Origin: Girardia tigrina
Lineage: Eukaryota
DNA length: 55,507 bases
Direction of reading: 5' to 3'
Assembly: GCA_001938485.1 (NCBI GenBank)
Contig: MQRK01187548.1
Coordinates: 1-55,507 of the forward strand
Below the pieces are notes generated by a model. The model was not told the DNA's origin and did no database searches. It worked only from the letters and a program-made list of their open reading frames with translations. Shown in pieces: positions 24,556 to 36,021 of this stretch (position 1 is the first letter of the stretch; every line of letters begins with the position of its first letter). The translations under genes were made by a program, and so were the position numbers.

Positions 24556-26830
24556 ATGTCAAATAGTGAATGTGCTTGTGATATTAATAAATGTTGTAAA
24601 CCTCATATTGATGTTGTTAATATGGCGACCACAGCTCATTTGACAATGACCATTATGGGACACGAAAAATTTGATGGATCCGAGTCGAAATTAGATGACT
24701 TCGTAAAAAAATTCAAACGTTATGCGGATATTATGGGTATAACAGAAGATAAAAGATTAGTGATGGTGACGATCTTCATGACTCTATATGCAATCACAAA
24801 ATTTTCAGAAGCAGATAGAAATACGTATAAAGAAAAGCTTAAAACGGAATTTGTGAAAGAAAAATCTTTGCTCGAAACAATGAAGGATATTTCAAATATC
24901 CGGTGGGGATCTTCAGATCACGAAGAAATGTTAAAAAAAGCCGACGAGTTAGTAACGATATTAACAGAAAGTAAACTTTTTAAGAAAAAGCTGCTCAGCC
25001 TTGTTTGCATGAATATGGTTGACGATTATGAGGTGAAAAGAGGATTTAAATTGAGAGGAGCTACCGAAACAAAGGACATAAAAGATGTAGTTTCAAATAT
25101 GTATGAACTACGCAAAATGAAAAAAAGAAGAAACAGTTGCGGCATACAATACGGTAGGTAAACATGATAAATGGAAAACGGTAGGCAAACGTAAACCACA
25201 CTATAAAGAATGCAACCAACAAAGAAATATCGAAAATAGGTACACTAATCAAAGAAATAACTATTCAAAAGTTGTAAAATGCTGGGTATGCCACGAAGAA
25301 GGACACATCAGAAGAAACTGTCCAAATATAAAGTGTTCATATTGCAATAAAAATGGCCATATCAGGACGCAATGCTACATGAACAAGAATATATTTAAAG
25401 AAAGAGCCCAATATGCCAGGAAAAAGGAATGACAAAGAACAAATAAGCCACGAAATCAACAGAGGCATCAAAATCGAAGATATGATATTGCAGAAATGCA
25501 TGATGAAAACAATTACAACGAATATGAAGAAAAACGATCAAATGAAGGAAACTCGAGGCAAAGAATGTTAACAGATAATAGACAAGTATACGACAAAGAC
25601 AAGGGAATCTAGGATGCACGATCACAAGGACAGGTGATCAGTGTGCTTCACTAAAAAGTAAAAATGTGTGTGTGTGATTGTGTATGTAATCATATGTATG
25701 ACTGTATGTGTGATTGTGTGTTGGAAGATACCCCTCTCGAAGTTTGTGAATTAGATTGTTGGAAAGAAGATTTTGAAACATACTGTTTTGATAAGGAGAT
25801 AAAGAAAAAAATCGCAAAAGTTGAAACAGGAAGAAATGTTGAAAATATCAAAGCTCAATATTAGATATGACAAATTGAATGGAAGACCAAGCATTGAATT
25901 TAATACAAAGAATATGAATGTTGAATGTCTTTTGGATACCGATGCCAAAGTAAATGTTGTTAAAGCAGATATACTTAAAAGTATGAAAGATGTTCAGATA
26001 GAGAAAACGAGTAAACGCATTCATTGTGCAAATGATTCATAACTTATAAATTATGGAATTGTTAAATTAAAAGTAATAATTGAAGTACAAAAAAATAATA
26101 GAATTTTATGTAGTCAAAGAACTCAACCCAGAAATGATAGCAGGAGTTGACTTTTTGGACAAATGTGGAATAAAACTAAAGAAGGAAATTTTAGATTCAA
26201 GTGACATATGGATGATTAGAGATAGTCCAACAGATGATGTCAGACTAAAGAGAATTAAAGAAATATTTAACACCAAAGTTGACAACGAACTAATGAGACT
26301 ATTAACAGAATATAAATCAATATTCATGGCTGACAAGTGGGATGTTGGGAAAACTTCCTTAACGAAACAAAAAATAGAAACAACCGTGGAGAACCAGTTT
26401 TAGTGAAGCCTTATTGACTACCACAACATTTTGAAGAGAAACTAGATGATCTCATTAGAAATTTTGAAGAAAACGGTATAATTGAAAAGTGTAGTTCTCC
26501 ATCGAACTTCCCTCTGGTGTGTGTATGGAAAAAAGAGAAACAAGACATCCGAGTATGTGTCGATTTTCGACAGTTGAATAGAATTACAGTAAGACCAGCA
26601 TTTCCCATTTCAAGTGTGGATTACATGTTAAACACGTTGAATGGAGCAAAATATTTTAGTACAATCGATCTGGGAAATGCATATTATCAGGTTTAATTAA
26701 AAGAAGATTCAAAGATTAAAACTGCGTTTTCAACAAAGAATGGTCAATATTGTTTTAAAAGAATGCCTTTTAGAATTGCTGCGGCTCCAGCTACCTTTCA
26801 AGAATTAATGGTGAAAGTTCTAGGAGAAGT
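24556..26830 (+). mobile_element. Gypsy LTR retrotransposon relic (gag, protease, 5' RT)
   Basis: Gag with CWVCHEEGHIRRNC and CSYCNKNGHIRTQC knuckles, LLDTDAKVNV protease, RVCVDFRQLN and FSTIDLGNAYYQ RT motifs; multiple stops. Confidence 0.9.
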
Positions 26831-28878
26831 GCGTTGATAATCAAGCGCCTTCCGTTCTCTTCTAGCATCACTGGGACTGTCCTCAAGGCCACGTAGTAGT
26901 TTTCGTCCCTTGTCCCAACCTTTCATGTAACTAATGTCTGCTCTCCTTTTACCGTCCATTCAGTAACTCTTTTTCAACGTAATGGATCAACTGGTGGTGT
27001 TTCCTTCCGCACTGTTTGAATTTCCAAAAACTCCGACAATCCTTCGCCTGATGAGAACTTTTGAGACAGTTGAAATATAGTCCTTTCTTTTTAACTAGCT
27101 GGATCCTTTCCTCCACTGTCAGCTCTTTGATTTGTTTACATTCTGTCAACATGTGCTCTGTTTTTTCGCATAATATGTATCTTTTTATCCACTCCTGTCT
27201 TGATTTTGCTCGTCCTGTCTCATCTGAAGTTTTCCTTCGTTGATTGTTCTTTCTGTATTCCGTTCCTGATTGAGTTGTATCAACTTGTGCCACATATGTG
27301 CGTTTCTCATCTTCTTTACTATGTTTCCGGATCCCAGTCAAGGTTTCTTGCACTCCTCTTCTCAGTATCGCTTCCTTTTGAACCCACTTTAACAACTCTT
27401 CGACACTGGCTGACACTGACTGATCTTGTACACATCTTTGATGTTGCAATAATGTTTCTGGTGAGAGTTTTTTCATTAGAGTCTGGAGCATAAATCCGTC
27501 CTGCAGTTCCGACTCCTTCTTCATCTCTTTGAATCTCACCATCGCGTTCTCCACTAACTCCGCAAACCGTTCGAAATCTCCAATCTCCCCCGACCTAATT
27601 GGTCGGAATCTCTCCACGTCTTCTAAAACCGATAAATATAGCCGTCTATTCCCACCATATCTCGTTTCTAGGCGTTGTAGAGCCAATTTGAAAGCCGCTT
27701 CTCCATAACCAAGGTTTTCAATCAATCGAAGAGCTGGCCCATTCAAATAGTTTCGGAGCTGTAGGACCTTCTCTTCATTAGACGCATTTGTAATTTCAAT
27801 GCAATGTCTGAATGCAGCTCTCCAGTTTTCATATTCTTTAGAATTACCACTGAACTAAATCACCAATCTTTAAATCATGTTCTTTTGTTTTCTTATCATA
27901 TGTTTCTTTATATGATTCTTGACTATATTTAACATTTAAAAATAATATAAAAATAAATAAAAATAAATATTTATTTAATATTTAAAAATAAATTAAATAT
28001 TAAAAATATAATATAAAAAATATTTATTAAAAGAAAAAAAATTATTATATAAAAAAATATACAAAAAATTAAAAATATAAAGAATTTATATAAATAAAAA
28101 AAAAGTAAAATTAATAAAATTAAAAAAATTATAATTAAAATTATTAAAAAAAAATAAGAAAAAAAGAAAAAAAATAAAAAAAGAATAGAAAAAAAAATAT
28201 TTTTTTTAATTTCGTCAGTTTTCGAAATCCGGACAAGGTTCGTTGTTGTGCAACCTTAGTTTCAGAATTATTCGATCTGCACTGCTCTGCTGCACTATTT
28301 TCTCCTTTAATGAGCATTAATGGCTCCATTTCCTCATATTTTTTCTCTATTCCCTTAAGGTCTTCTTCGATCTCGTCCACTCTGTTTTCTTTTCCCAATC
28401 GAATTCTCAGATCTTTTATATTTTCTAATTTTTCCACTAATTCTAAGTATTTCTCTTCATACTGGAGTATTGCTTCAGTTTTCTCTTCACTTGACTTGGC
28501 ATCACACGTTTTATTTCTCAGCCTCGTCAATAGCCCTTTCTCGAACCGTTTTCTCTTCTATTCATTTTCGAACTCGTCTTCTAGGTGCGCCGTTTCCATA
28601 CCGCCTCTAAGTCGTAAGAGCATCTGGATAGTGCACCCATGTTTTATGTTGCAGCTCCCTGCAGTTCTCCCATCCAGAAGCTCTATACGACTGAGAATCA
28701 ATCTTTGTAACCGCACTGGAATCCCTTCTTTGCGCCACAATCTTTCCTTTTGAGTCTCGATGCCGTTTAGCGAGACTCTTCTTCGAGCATTTGACATAAT
28801 TACAATTTTCGGCTCCTGCAACGCCTCAGGCAAAGATAACATTCGAAGAGTTTTCGCACCTTTTTCGACAGATTTCAC
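26825..28878 (-). mobile_element. BEL/Pao LTR retrotransposon relic (ubiquitin-like domain, gag, start of protease)
   Basis: DUF1759-type FSGNSKEYENWRAAF...EKVLQLRNYLNGPALRLI, BEL zinc knuckles (FNCLKSSHQAKDC..CGRKHHQLIH), protease start VALRTVPV...IINALL; AT-rich insertion at about 27856-28220. Confidence 0.85.
28597..28812 (-). pseudogene. Ubiquitin-like domain N-terminal to BEL Gag
   Basis: KIVIMSNARRRVSL...IETQKERLWRKEGIPVRLQRLILSRIELLDGRTAGSCNIKHGCTIQMLLRLRGG aligns with ubiquitin [44 protein letters not shown]. Confidence 0.85.
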
Positions 28879-29301
28879 CCCCCCCCNNNNNNNNNNNNNN
28901 NNNNNNNNNNNNNNNNNNNNNNNNNNNNNNNNNNNNGTCGCAACAAAATAGGGAAGGACATAATAAATGTGGATTTATTTTTATTAATATTATAAAATAT
29001 ATTTTTTAAATTATTAATGTGTCTTATTTTATTAATTTTGTAAAATATATTCTCAAAATTATCAATATTTTTTATTTTATTAATATTTTTTTATTTTATT
29101 AATATTAATGTTTTTCATTTTGTTAATATTAATGTATTTTATTTTGTTAATATTAATGTTTTTTTATTTTATTAATATTAAAGTTTTTTATTTTATTAAT
29201 ATTATAAAATATATTTTTTAAATTATTATAAATATTAATATTACAAAAAAACATCAATTTTAAATTCTAAATAAAGGTCATTGCACAAAATCACCTCGCT
29301 T

Positions 29302-29335
29302 GCCGGCGGCTGCCGGCGGCTGCCGGCGGCTGCCG
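29302..29335. repeat. GC-rich 10-bp tandem repeat (TGCCGGCGGC)
   Basis: About 3.5 perfect units in an AT-rich context. Confidence 0.9.
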
Positions 29336-29337
29336 AC

Positions 29338-29355
29338 AACCACGCTCTGTTACCA
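29338..29355 (-). other. Putative primer-binding site complementary to the initiator tRNA-Met 3' end
   Basis: TGGTAACAGAGCGTGGTT resembles the iMet PBS consensus TGGTAGCAGAG; no clear LTR CA end adjacent. Confidence 0.5.
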
Positions 29356-29722
29356 ATATTTTTTTTTCGATTTTAAATTTCTCGGCCCACTGATGTCCAT
29401 TTCTCTCTCCCATTGACCATTATAATTCAAAACCATTACTCTTATAGAAGTTATGTTACTCGTATTTATACAACACAAATATAATATTATTACATAACCC
29501 TGTAATATATTTTCGCTCTCGGTGTAATCATTGAAATAGTTTACTTTCGTAAAAAGTATTAGTTTTTTACTATTTACTACTTAGAAAATTATTACTTTTC
29601 TCGAAAGTCAAATACTTCCACGATTACACAAGAAGGAAAGATACATAAGAAAAAATTAAAATCTAGAATTATTAGGCTGTCCAGTATGAAATTTGTAGGC
29701 ATGATAAAAATCAATTTAAATA

Positions 29723-30690
29723 TTAGGTTGGCCAAAAAGTCATTGCGTTTTTTACTAAAATATTTATTATCAAAAAATGACATGGATGCACAAATATTTT
29801 TATACGATATACTGTCCATTATTTTCAATCACTTTCTTCCACCTTTCCGGTAGCTTCATTATTCCTGATTCATAAAAACCTTTGCCTTTGTCAGCAAAAA
29901 AGTCGTCTAGGAACGATTTGATGTCATCATCACTGGCGAATGTTTTTCAGTTTAAGGAATTCTGCAGTGATCTAAATAAGTGAAAATTCAATGGGGCCAA
30001 GTCTGGAGAATACGGTGGGTCCAGCGAAACCTCCCAACCCAGTGATAAGAGTTTCTGGCTAGTGTTCAAACTTGTATGCGGTCTTGCGTTATCATGCTAA
30101 ATTACAACTCATTTTCGATTTGCCAATTTAGGACGTTCCTGTTGAATTGAATCAGCCAATTTCTCCAGTTGACCACAATATCTGTCTGAATTGATGGTTT
30201 CATTCCTCGGAAGGAGTTCAAAAATACAATTTCTTTAAAATCCCATCAGATGGAAAGCATAAACTTCTTTTAGTGAATTTCTGCTTTTGAAATCGTTTTG
30301 GCAGACTCACCACGTTTTGTCCATGAACTATTCCACATTGTTGTAAACAATCCATTTTTCATCACCCGTAATCAAGCTCAATTGATGGTTTCATTCCTCG
30401 GAAGGAGTTCAAAAACACAATTCCTTTAAAATCCCATCAGATGGAAAGCATAAACTTCTTTAAGTGAATTTCTGCTTTTGAAATCGTTTTGACAGACTCA
30501 CCACGTTTTGTCCATGATCGTCGGCATTCCACATTGTTGTAAACAATCCATTTTTCATCACCCGTAATCAAGCTCTTCAAAAATGGATTACTTTGTTCTC
30601 CCTTCAAAAGAAACCAGAAACCAAGACTTCTGATAATATTATATATGTCCTTAAATGTTGGCATTAACTTTAACATTTTGAAAAAATTAT
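29723..30690 (-). mobile_element. Mariner transposon relic, 5'-truncated, with an internal ~190-bp tandem duplication
   Basis: TA-TTAGGTTGGCCAAAAAG TIR; ITGDEKWIVY and PPYSPDLAP motifs; about 30189-30379 repeated at 30380-30575. Confidence 0.9.
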
Positions 30691-31050
30691 TGTGGTGATG
30701 TCACTCATCACCATATTCAATAAAATTTAACTTCAGAGATGTCACATAACATGGCATCACTAGAATTCAAATTCCGTTGATTTCATACGTCACTGGAATA
30801 TGTAATTGCAAGGTCAATTTCAATTGCATCAATTGACCCCGGGTAATATTATACAATATTGCCTTAATCTAAAAGAGGAGGATTTTCCGGTTTAATTGGT
30901 TATCAAACCTCGATCAATATTTTATATAATAAATTTTGTTATCTAGTTTGCGTTCTTTACACTCATATTTTAAGTAAATGTGATTTCACAGATTATTATG
31001 GCTACTTTTTTTGTGTTTTATATTATTTTTGTTTAGGCAATCATTTTAAT

Positions 31051-31998
31051 ATGATCGACAATCAGACCAGAACACCGCCGGTTCCCGAATGGAAGGTTTA
31101 TATGAATCAGAAAGAAAAAGATTGGAATTCACTTTATCAACAAGTTTCCTTACGACAGTATGATGTAAAAAATAGTTTAAAAACAGTTATTTCAAAATTC
31201 GATGAATTCAAACAAAAATATACAATGGATTTTAATAAAACGAACTTCGAAGATGAAAAAACTAATAGAGACATTGCTCAATTGAAGCATCTAATTGAGG
31301 GTCACAATAAAACAATAGTTAACTTAAGTATGAGTTTAAAAGCCACTGGAAAGAATCTTGGAAATCCTTCGATCGATCTTATGCAAACGACTCGTGATCT
31401 CAACAGACAAAATCGGATGATTCAAGGGTTGAAAGAAGGTCTTTATGTTCTCGAGAGAGGATTAAAAAATATGAATGTAAGGATGATAACCTATTTGTAT
31501 TTTTTAAACTAATTTCAGATTACAGTTTTTCAAATCATGTTGAAAAATCTCTTATTAAAGCATTCTCAGCTTGTCTTGACTGAACAAATTAAGTTTGTCA
31601 AGCAGCATCTTTACTGGGTGTCACCAATAACATGGTCTATCAGTAATACTACTATTACTGACCATGACAAGGAAGCTTTAAGTGATCCCTTTTATTCCTC
31701 AATCAAAGGATATAAAATGTACCTTTTCGCGAGTTTTTCAAAGGAAAACATACGATTCCATTTATATTTACCTAATACCATTCGAAACAATTATAATGGT
31801 AAACCTTTTAAGTTTAGCATTGCTGTAACAATTAAGCACCAACGATTCGACAGTATCACAAAACAAGTCAAAATTCAATCAGTTATCTACAGTTTTCCAG
31901 GAGTAAGCGGATTTTTAAATTTTAATCATCTCGAGCTGGAGCAGGAAGGATTCATTTCCGGTGGTCTTCTTACTCTAACCTGTGATGTAACGGAATAA
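31051..31998 (+). CDS. TRAF-like coiled-coil + MATH domain protein; exons 31051(or upstream)-31476 and 31519-31998
   Basis: A 42-nt phase-0 GT-AG intron joins the two ORFs in frame. MATH motifs: ITWSISN, SDPFYSSIKGYKMYL, GFISGGLLTLTCDV. Confidence 0.8.
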
Positions 31999-32094
31999 TG
32001 CAGACCAATTTTTTCAGTATAATTAGTTAAAATAAATATTCTTGACATAAGACTTTCTTTGTTTTTCTTAGTTTTATATTGGCATTGATTTAAA

Positions 32095-32330
32095 TGCTCA
32101 GTCAAATAAACGAATCCTATGTATCATAATCATCCTCTCAGTAAATTAATATATTCTCAGTATAATAATTGGTCGCTCAGTAAATAAAAAATATGATATG
32201 TATAATAATATATATCTCAGTAAAATAAAATAAAGCTAGGTAAAAAATTAACATCTCAGTAAAAAAATCAAAAGTATCGGTATATTAAAAAAATTCTGTT
32301 ATTTTTAATAAAACAATCAGTAAAACGGAA
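32095..32330 (+). repeat. Degenerate minisatellite with a recurring CTCAGTA core
   Basis: About seven (ct)cagta(aa) cores at 20-60 bp spacing. Confidence 0.55.
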
Positions 32331-32429
32331 ATAAGTAATGTCAAAAAAACACAAGTTTCATCTTTGTTCTACTATAAAAAATTAATTAAGTTGCAATGTC
32401 TTTTGCTAAAATAGTTAAAATAATCAAAA

Positions 32430-33060
32430 CGCTAAAATAATCAATTGCTAAAATAGTTATCATTGTTATAAATATTTATTAATTTCGACGGTTTAACCGT
32501 CATCGTCAGAACAAATGATTTTTCAAACGAAATTTACTTATATAGTGCAGTTAATGATTATGTAATCAAGGCGTCTTCAGTACATCATTTAAAAACTCTC
32601 AACAAAGTTGTAGAGAGTGCAGTTTGAACGTTAATTTTAGGATCCAAAGATCTTATATATAACGCTTCACATGTCACTCTCTCCCAATAATTTTTAAATT
32701 GAGTGCACAGTGTTGTGAAGTTATATCTCCTTTAAATTGAAAATGAAAGCATGTTTGGCAATAAATCTCCAACGCCATTGGGATTGTGTTCGGATCTCAT
32801 TTATCAATATACATGTAATGGGTGTAACATCACATACATTGGAGAGACTTCATGTCATCTCTGTAAGAGAATCCAGGAACACAGTTGCAATGAAGGCGGA
32901 AGTAACATTGCAGGACATAGAAGACATTGTAAAGGAGATATAACTTCACAACACTTTAAAATTCTGTGCTCTCGATTTAAGAATTATTGGGAGAGAGCGA
33001 CATGTGAAGCGTTAAACCTCGTTAAGCGTCGACGGTTAAACCGTCGAAATTAATAATCAT
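32430..33060. mobile_element. Penelope-like element fragment with inverted pseudo-LTR
   Basis: Plus strand GIY-YIG LIYQYTCNGCNITYIGET...RIQEH (32751-33053); about 32660-32734 is an inverted copy of 32930-33014 that continues to the EN stop, 3' UTR and hammerhead on the minus strand. Confidence 0.85.
32473..32513 (-). ncRNA. Minimal type I hammerhead ribozyme with intact core
   Basis: UGUU-CUGACGA-U-GACGG(UUAAA)CCGUC-GAAA-UUA-AUA-AAUA; palindromic stem III AUUAAU. A partial plus-strand copy lacking CUGA lies at 33031-33056. Confidence 0.8.
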
Positions 33061-33139
33061 TGATTGGCTTAAGAATTTTCTATTTGATAATTTGCCAATT
33101 TTTTTCACTTTATTCACAATTAGTAAATATTATTTGTCT

Positions 33140-34159
33140 TCAACATGAGGAAGCTAAGAAAGAAAAAATCAAGACACGTGCACTAGATGTAGTATCAGAA
33201 GCTGATGCCACAAAGCCACTCGAAGATATTATCTGGTAAATCCTTCGAATGTTGGCACACGCGGGTGCAAAAAAAGTTGAGTATTATTTAAGAGACTCTA
33301 AGGATTTTGACAAGCTAAAAGGTAAGATCAAAGCGATTGTACGCAGTTGTGAATTATGCCAAAAGTATAAAACATATACGGCAAAAACAAAAGAGAACTC
33401 GATAAAATTAGAATCTGCCGACGTGTTTGAATGTATTTATGTGGATATTTGTGGACCGTTGAAGGAGACTTCTGAGAAAAGAAATATATTCTTGGCATCA
33501 TTGATCAGTTCAGTAAATACATTATGTTATTAGCAATATGGAAACAAGATGAATAGTCGATAATAAAGGGAATAATGCGGAATTGGATACTGAAATTTGG
33601 TTCTCCCTTAGCGATGAATGTGAATTGCGGTAAGGTTTTTGAGTCAAAAAAGATGAAAGAGTTCACAGAGAAACAGAATTTTGAAATTAGATTCTCCAGC
33701 CCATATCATCATAACACAAACGGAGAAATTGAACGACAATTCCGTACAGCGAGAGAATTGATAAATGCAACATTGCATGAAAGAAGAAGTTCAGACTGGG
33801 CAGAGATTCTACCGGAGATCGAGTTCTCATTAAATGTCACATTACAGACGACTATCGGGATTTGTCCAGTTGAAATCATTTTCGAAAGACGCATTAGCAG
33901 GGAGAAATTGGATGGAAAAAATAGCAAAACATTTCAATATGAGCGGTACCAGGAGCCTATCAGGCGAAGACAATTCTTCTCAGGAGATGATGTATTGGTA
34001 AAAGTAGAATCTAGAACAAATGATCAAGGGAGATACGACGGGCCATATAAAGTCGTTCGAAATGTACATGATAGAAGATATATTCTTGAAGATATGTCTG
34101 GAAAAACATGTGAAAGAAATGTGGAGAAAATTAAAAAATTCTTGCGTGCAGGGGTGTAA
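33140..34159 (+). mobile_element. Gypsy integrase relic with PPT; 3' LTR starts at 34155
   Basis: H..G/CELCQK zinc finger, YVDICGP, SSPYHHNTNGEIER, GPY motif; GCAGGGG then TGTAAG and an AT-rich LTR-like tract. Confidence 0.88.
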
Positions 34160-36021
34160 GAGAGTGTTATTAATTTTTTAATTTTCGGAAATAAGAATTT
34201 TGGTTTTTAAAAATTTCGAATTATAATCGAAATTAAAAAAATAATGGAAAATAGAATTCAAAAAAAAGAAAATAAAAAAATGAAAATTTGTTTAAATAAC
34301 AAATTTAACCTGTTGTAGTTAATAAATTTTGCAAGTCTTAATTTCTTTTTGATTTAGAATGGATGATAATTCCCAACCTAACATTGACGATGACCGAAAA
34401 AATTAAATAAGATTAACTGTAAAAAAATTACAATTTAAAAATAAGTAGATTTACAAAAATTAACGTTTTATTTTTCGTATACACAATTTTAATTTAAAAT
34501 TATGTTCACTACATCAAATATTTACAATCCAAAAGTTGATGAAAGAACCAATAACAATAATATTAAAAATGAAGATGGAAAAAAGAAAAAAAATCAACGA
34601 ATTGTTTAAATCAACTAATTCAAACAGTTTTAAAAATGTCAAAAAATTTTAACTTGGAAAAAATTTTTTGTCGAAAATCTGATCCAAATTAAAATTTTGA
34701 GTGACTGTACTGCTTTTAAATACATACTGAGAATTACCTGCTATTTTTCATAGTTCTAAACTTAATTTAAAGCTGAGTAACAAACTTTATTTCTAATTCT
34801 CAAATTCATGTTTAATGGACCTTTAATTAAAGACCATGTAGTTTCTTACTCAACGATCGCGCTTTTAAATAGGCTTAGTTAAATATTTTTCTATAATCGT
34901 GTACAACCATCGTTTGACGCCGAAGCTTGAATGGGCACGTACAAATGATTTGCTCCACAAACAGCATCCAGTCACATAATGACTCAATGATCACATACAA
35001 AAGTAACCACAACGCAATTAACTTATTTTTTAAGTTTTAAAAATAATTTGAATTATTTTATATTTGTTTAACAAATCTATTTTATAAAATATACCAAATT
35101 CATATTTAAAAAATTATGAATACACAAAACACTTGAAAATATTCCTCACAATGATAATAATGAAAATAATAATAGTAATAATAATAATAATAGAACAATA
35201 TATATATTTTAATTACCTAATATTGTACAAAGGAAGGGACAAGAATAGGCAAAATTTTATTAGTGTTGCTCACACCAAAATTAAAATTATATATACATCA
35301 AGAAAAATAGAATTCATAAGCTGTTCTCCACAAATCTCTTTTTATGTCGAATACTGACGGTTTTAACCTCATGTCACCGTCTTCAAGAACGGTGCAACAT
35401 CTCAAAAACGTTTGACCGTCCGCAGACGAACAAACGGTGTGAAACATTATCCTGAAATGAAATATTGTTACTTTAATAAAATAAAAAATATTAAGACAAA
35501 TAAACAAAAGTAGAGAAATAATATTCTACCTAAATATTAGTAGAAGTAGTTATAGAGACATAAATTGCTGTATGAAAAATAACAGAAACTTAGAGCTACT
35601 GTTGTTAATGGTCACGACAATTCCGTCACGACTCCTTGTATCTCTGCATATTTTTACAAAATAATGATTATAGAATTAATAAAAATTTATTACAAATCAA
35701 AGAGGATTAAGTAAAAAGTACAATTCTTTAACGTGGACATGAAAGAAATTAACATGAATGTCTTTTTATAGAAATCATTTTATTTGAACGTTGCGCTAAT
35801 ATTTCCAGTAACAATTTAAACATTTCTAAAAGATTCTTTTACTGATAGAGAAAACAAAATTTATTGTTTGATGTTTCTTAAAGGTATTTATCGAAATACG
35901 CAAAAGATTCGTTGTTTGATTTGATAATTTTGAATCTCCTCGTGTATCCACAAATAAGTGCAAAAGTATTTCATACTGTTGGGTCTTATTTATTTTACAC
36001 ACACATACTCACATGTATATA

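Noticed and set aside
32095-32330. Spaced repeats superficially like a CRISPR array
   Set aside because: The cores are only about 7 bp, spacing is irregular, the context is eukaryotic and no cas genes are present.
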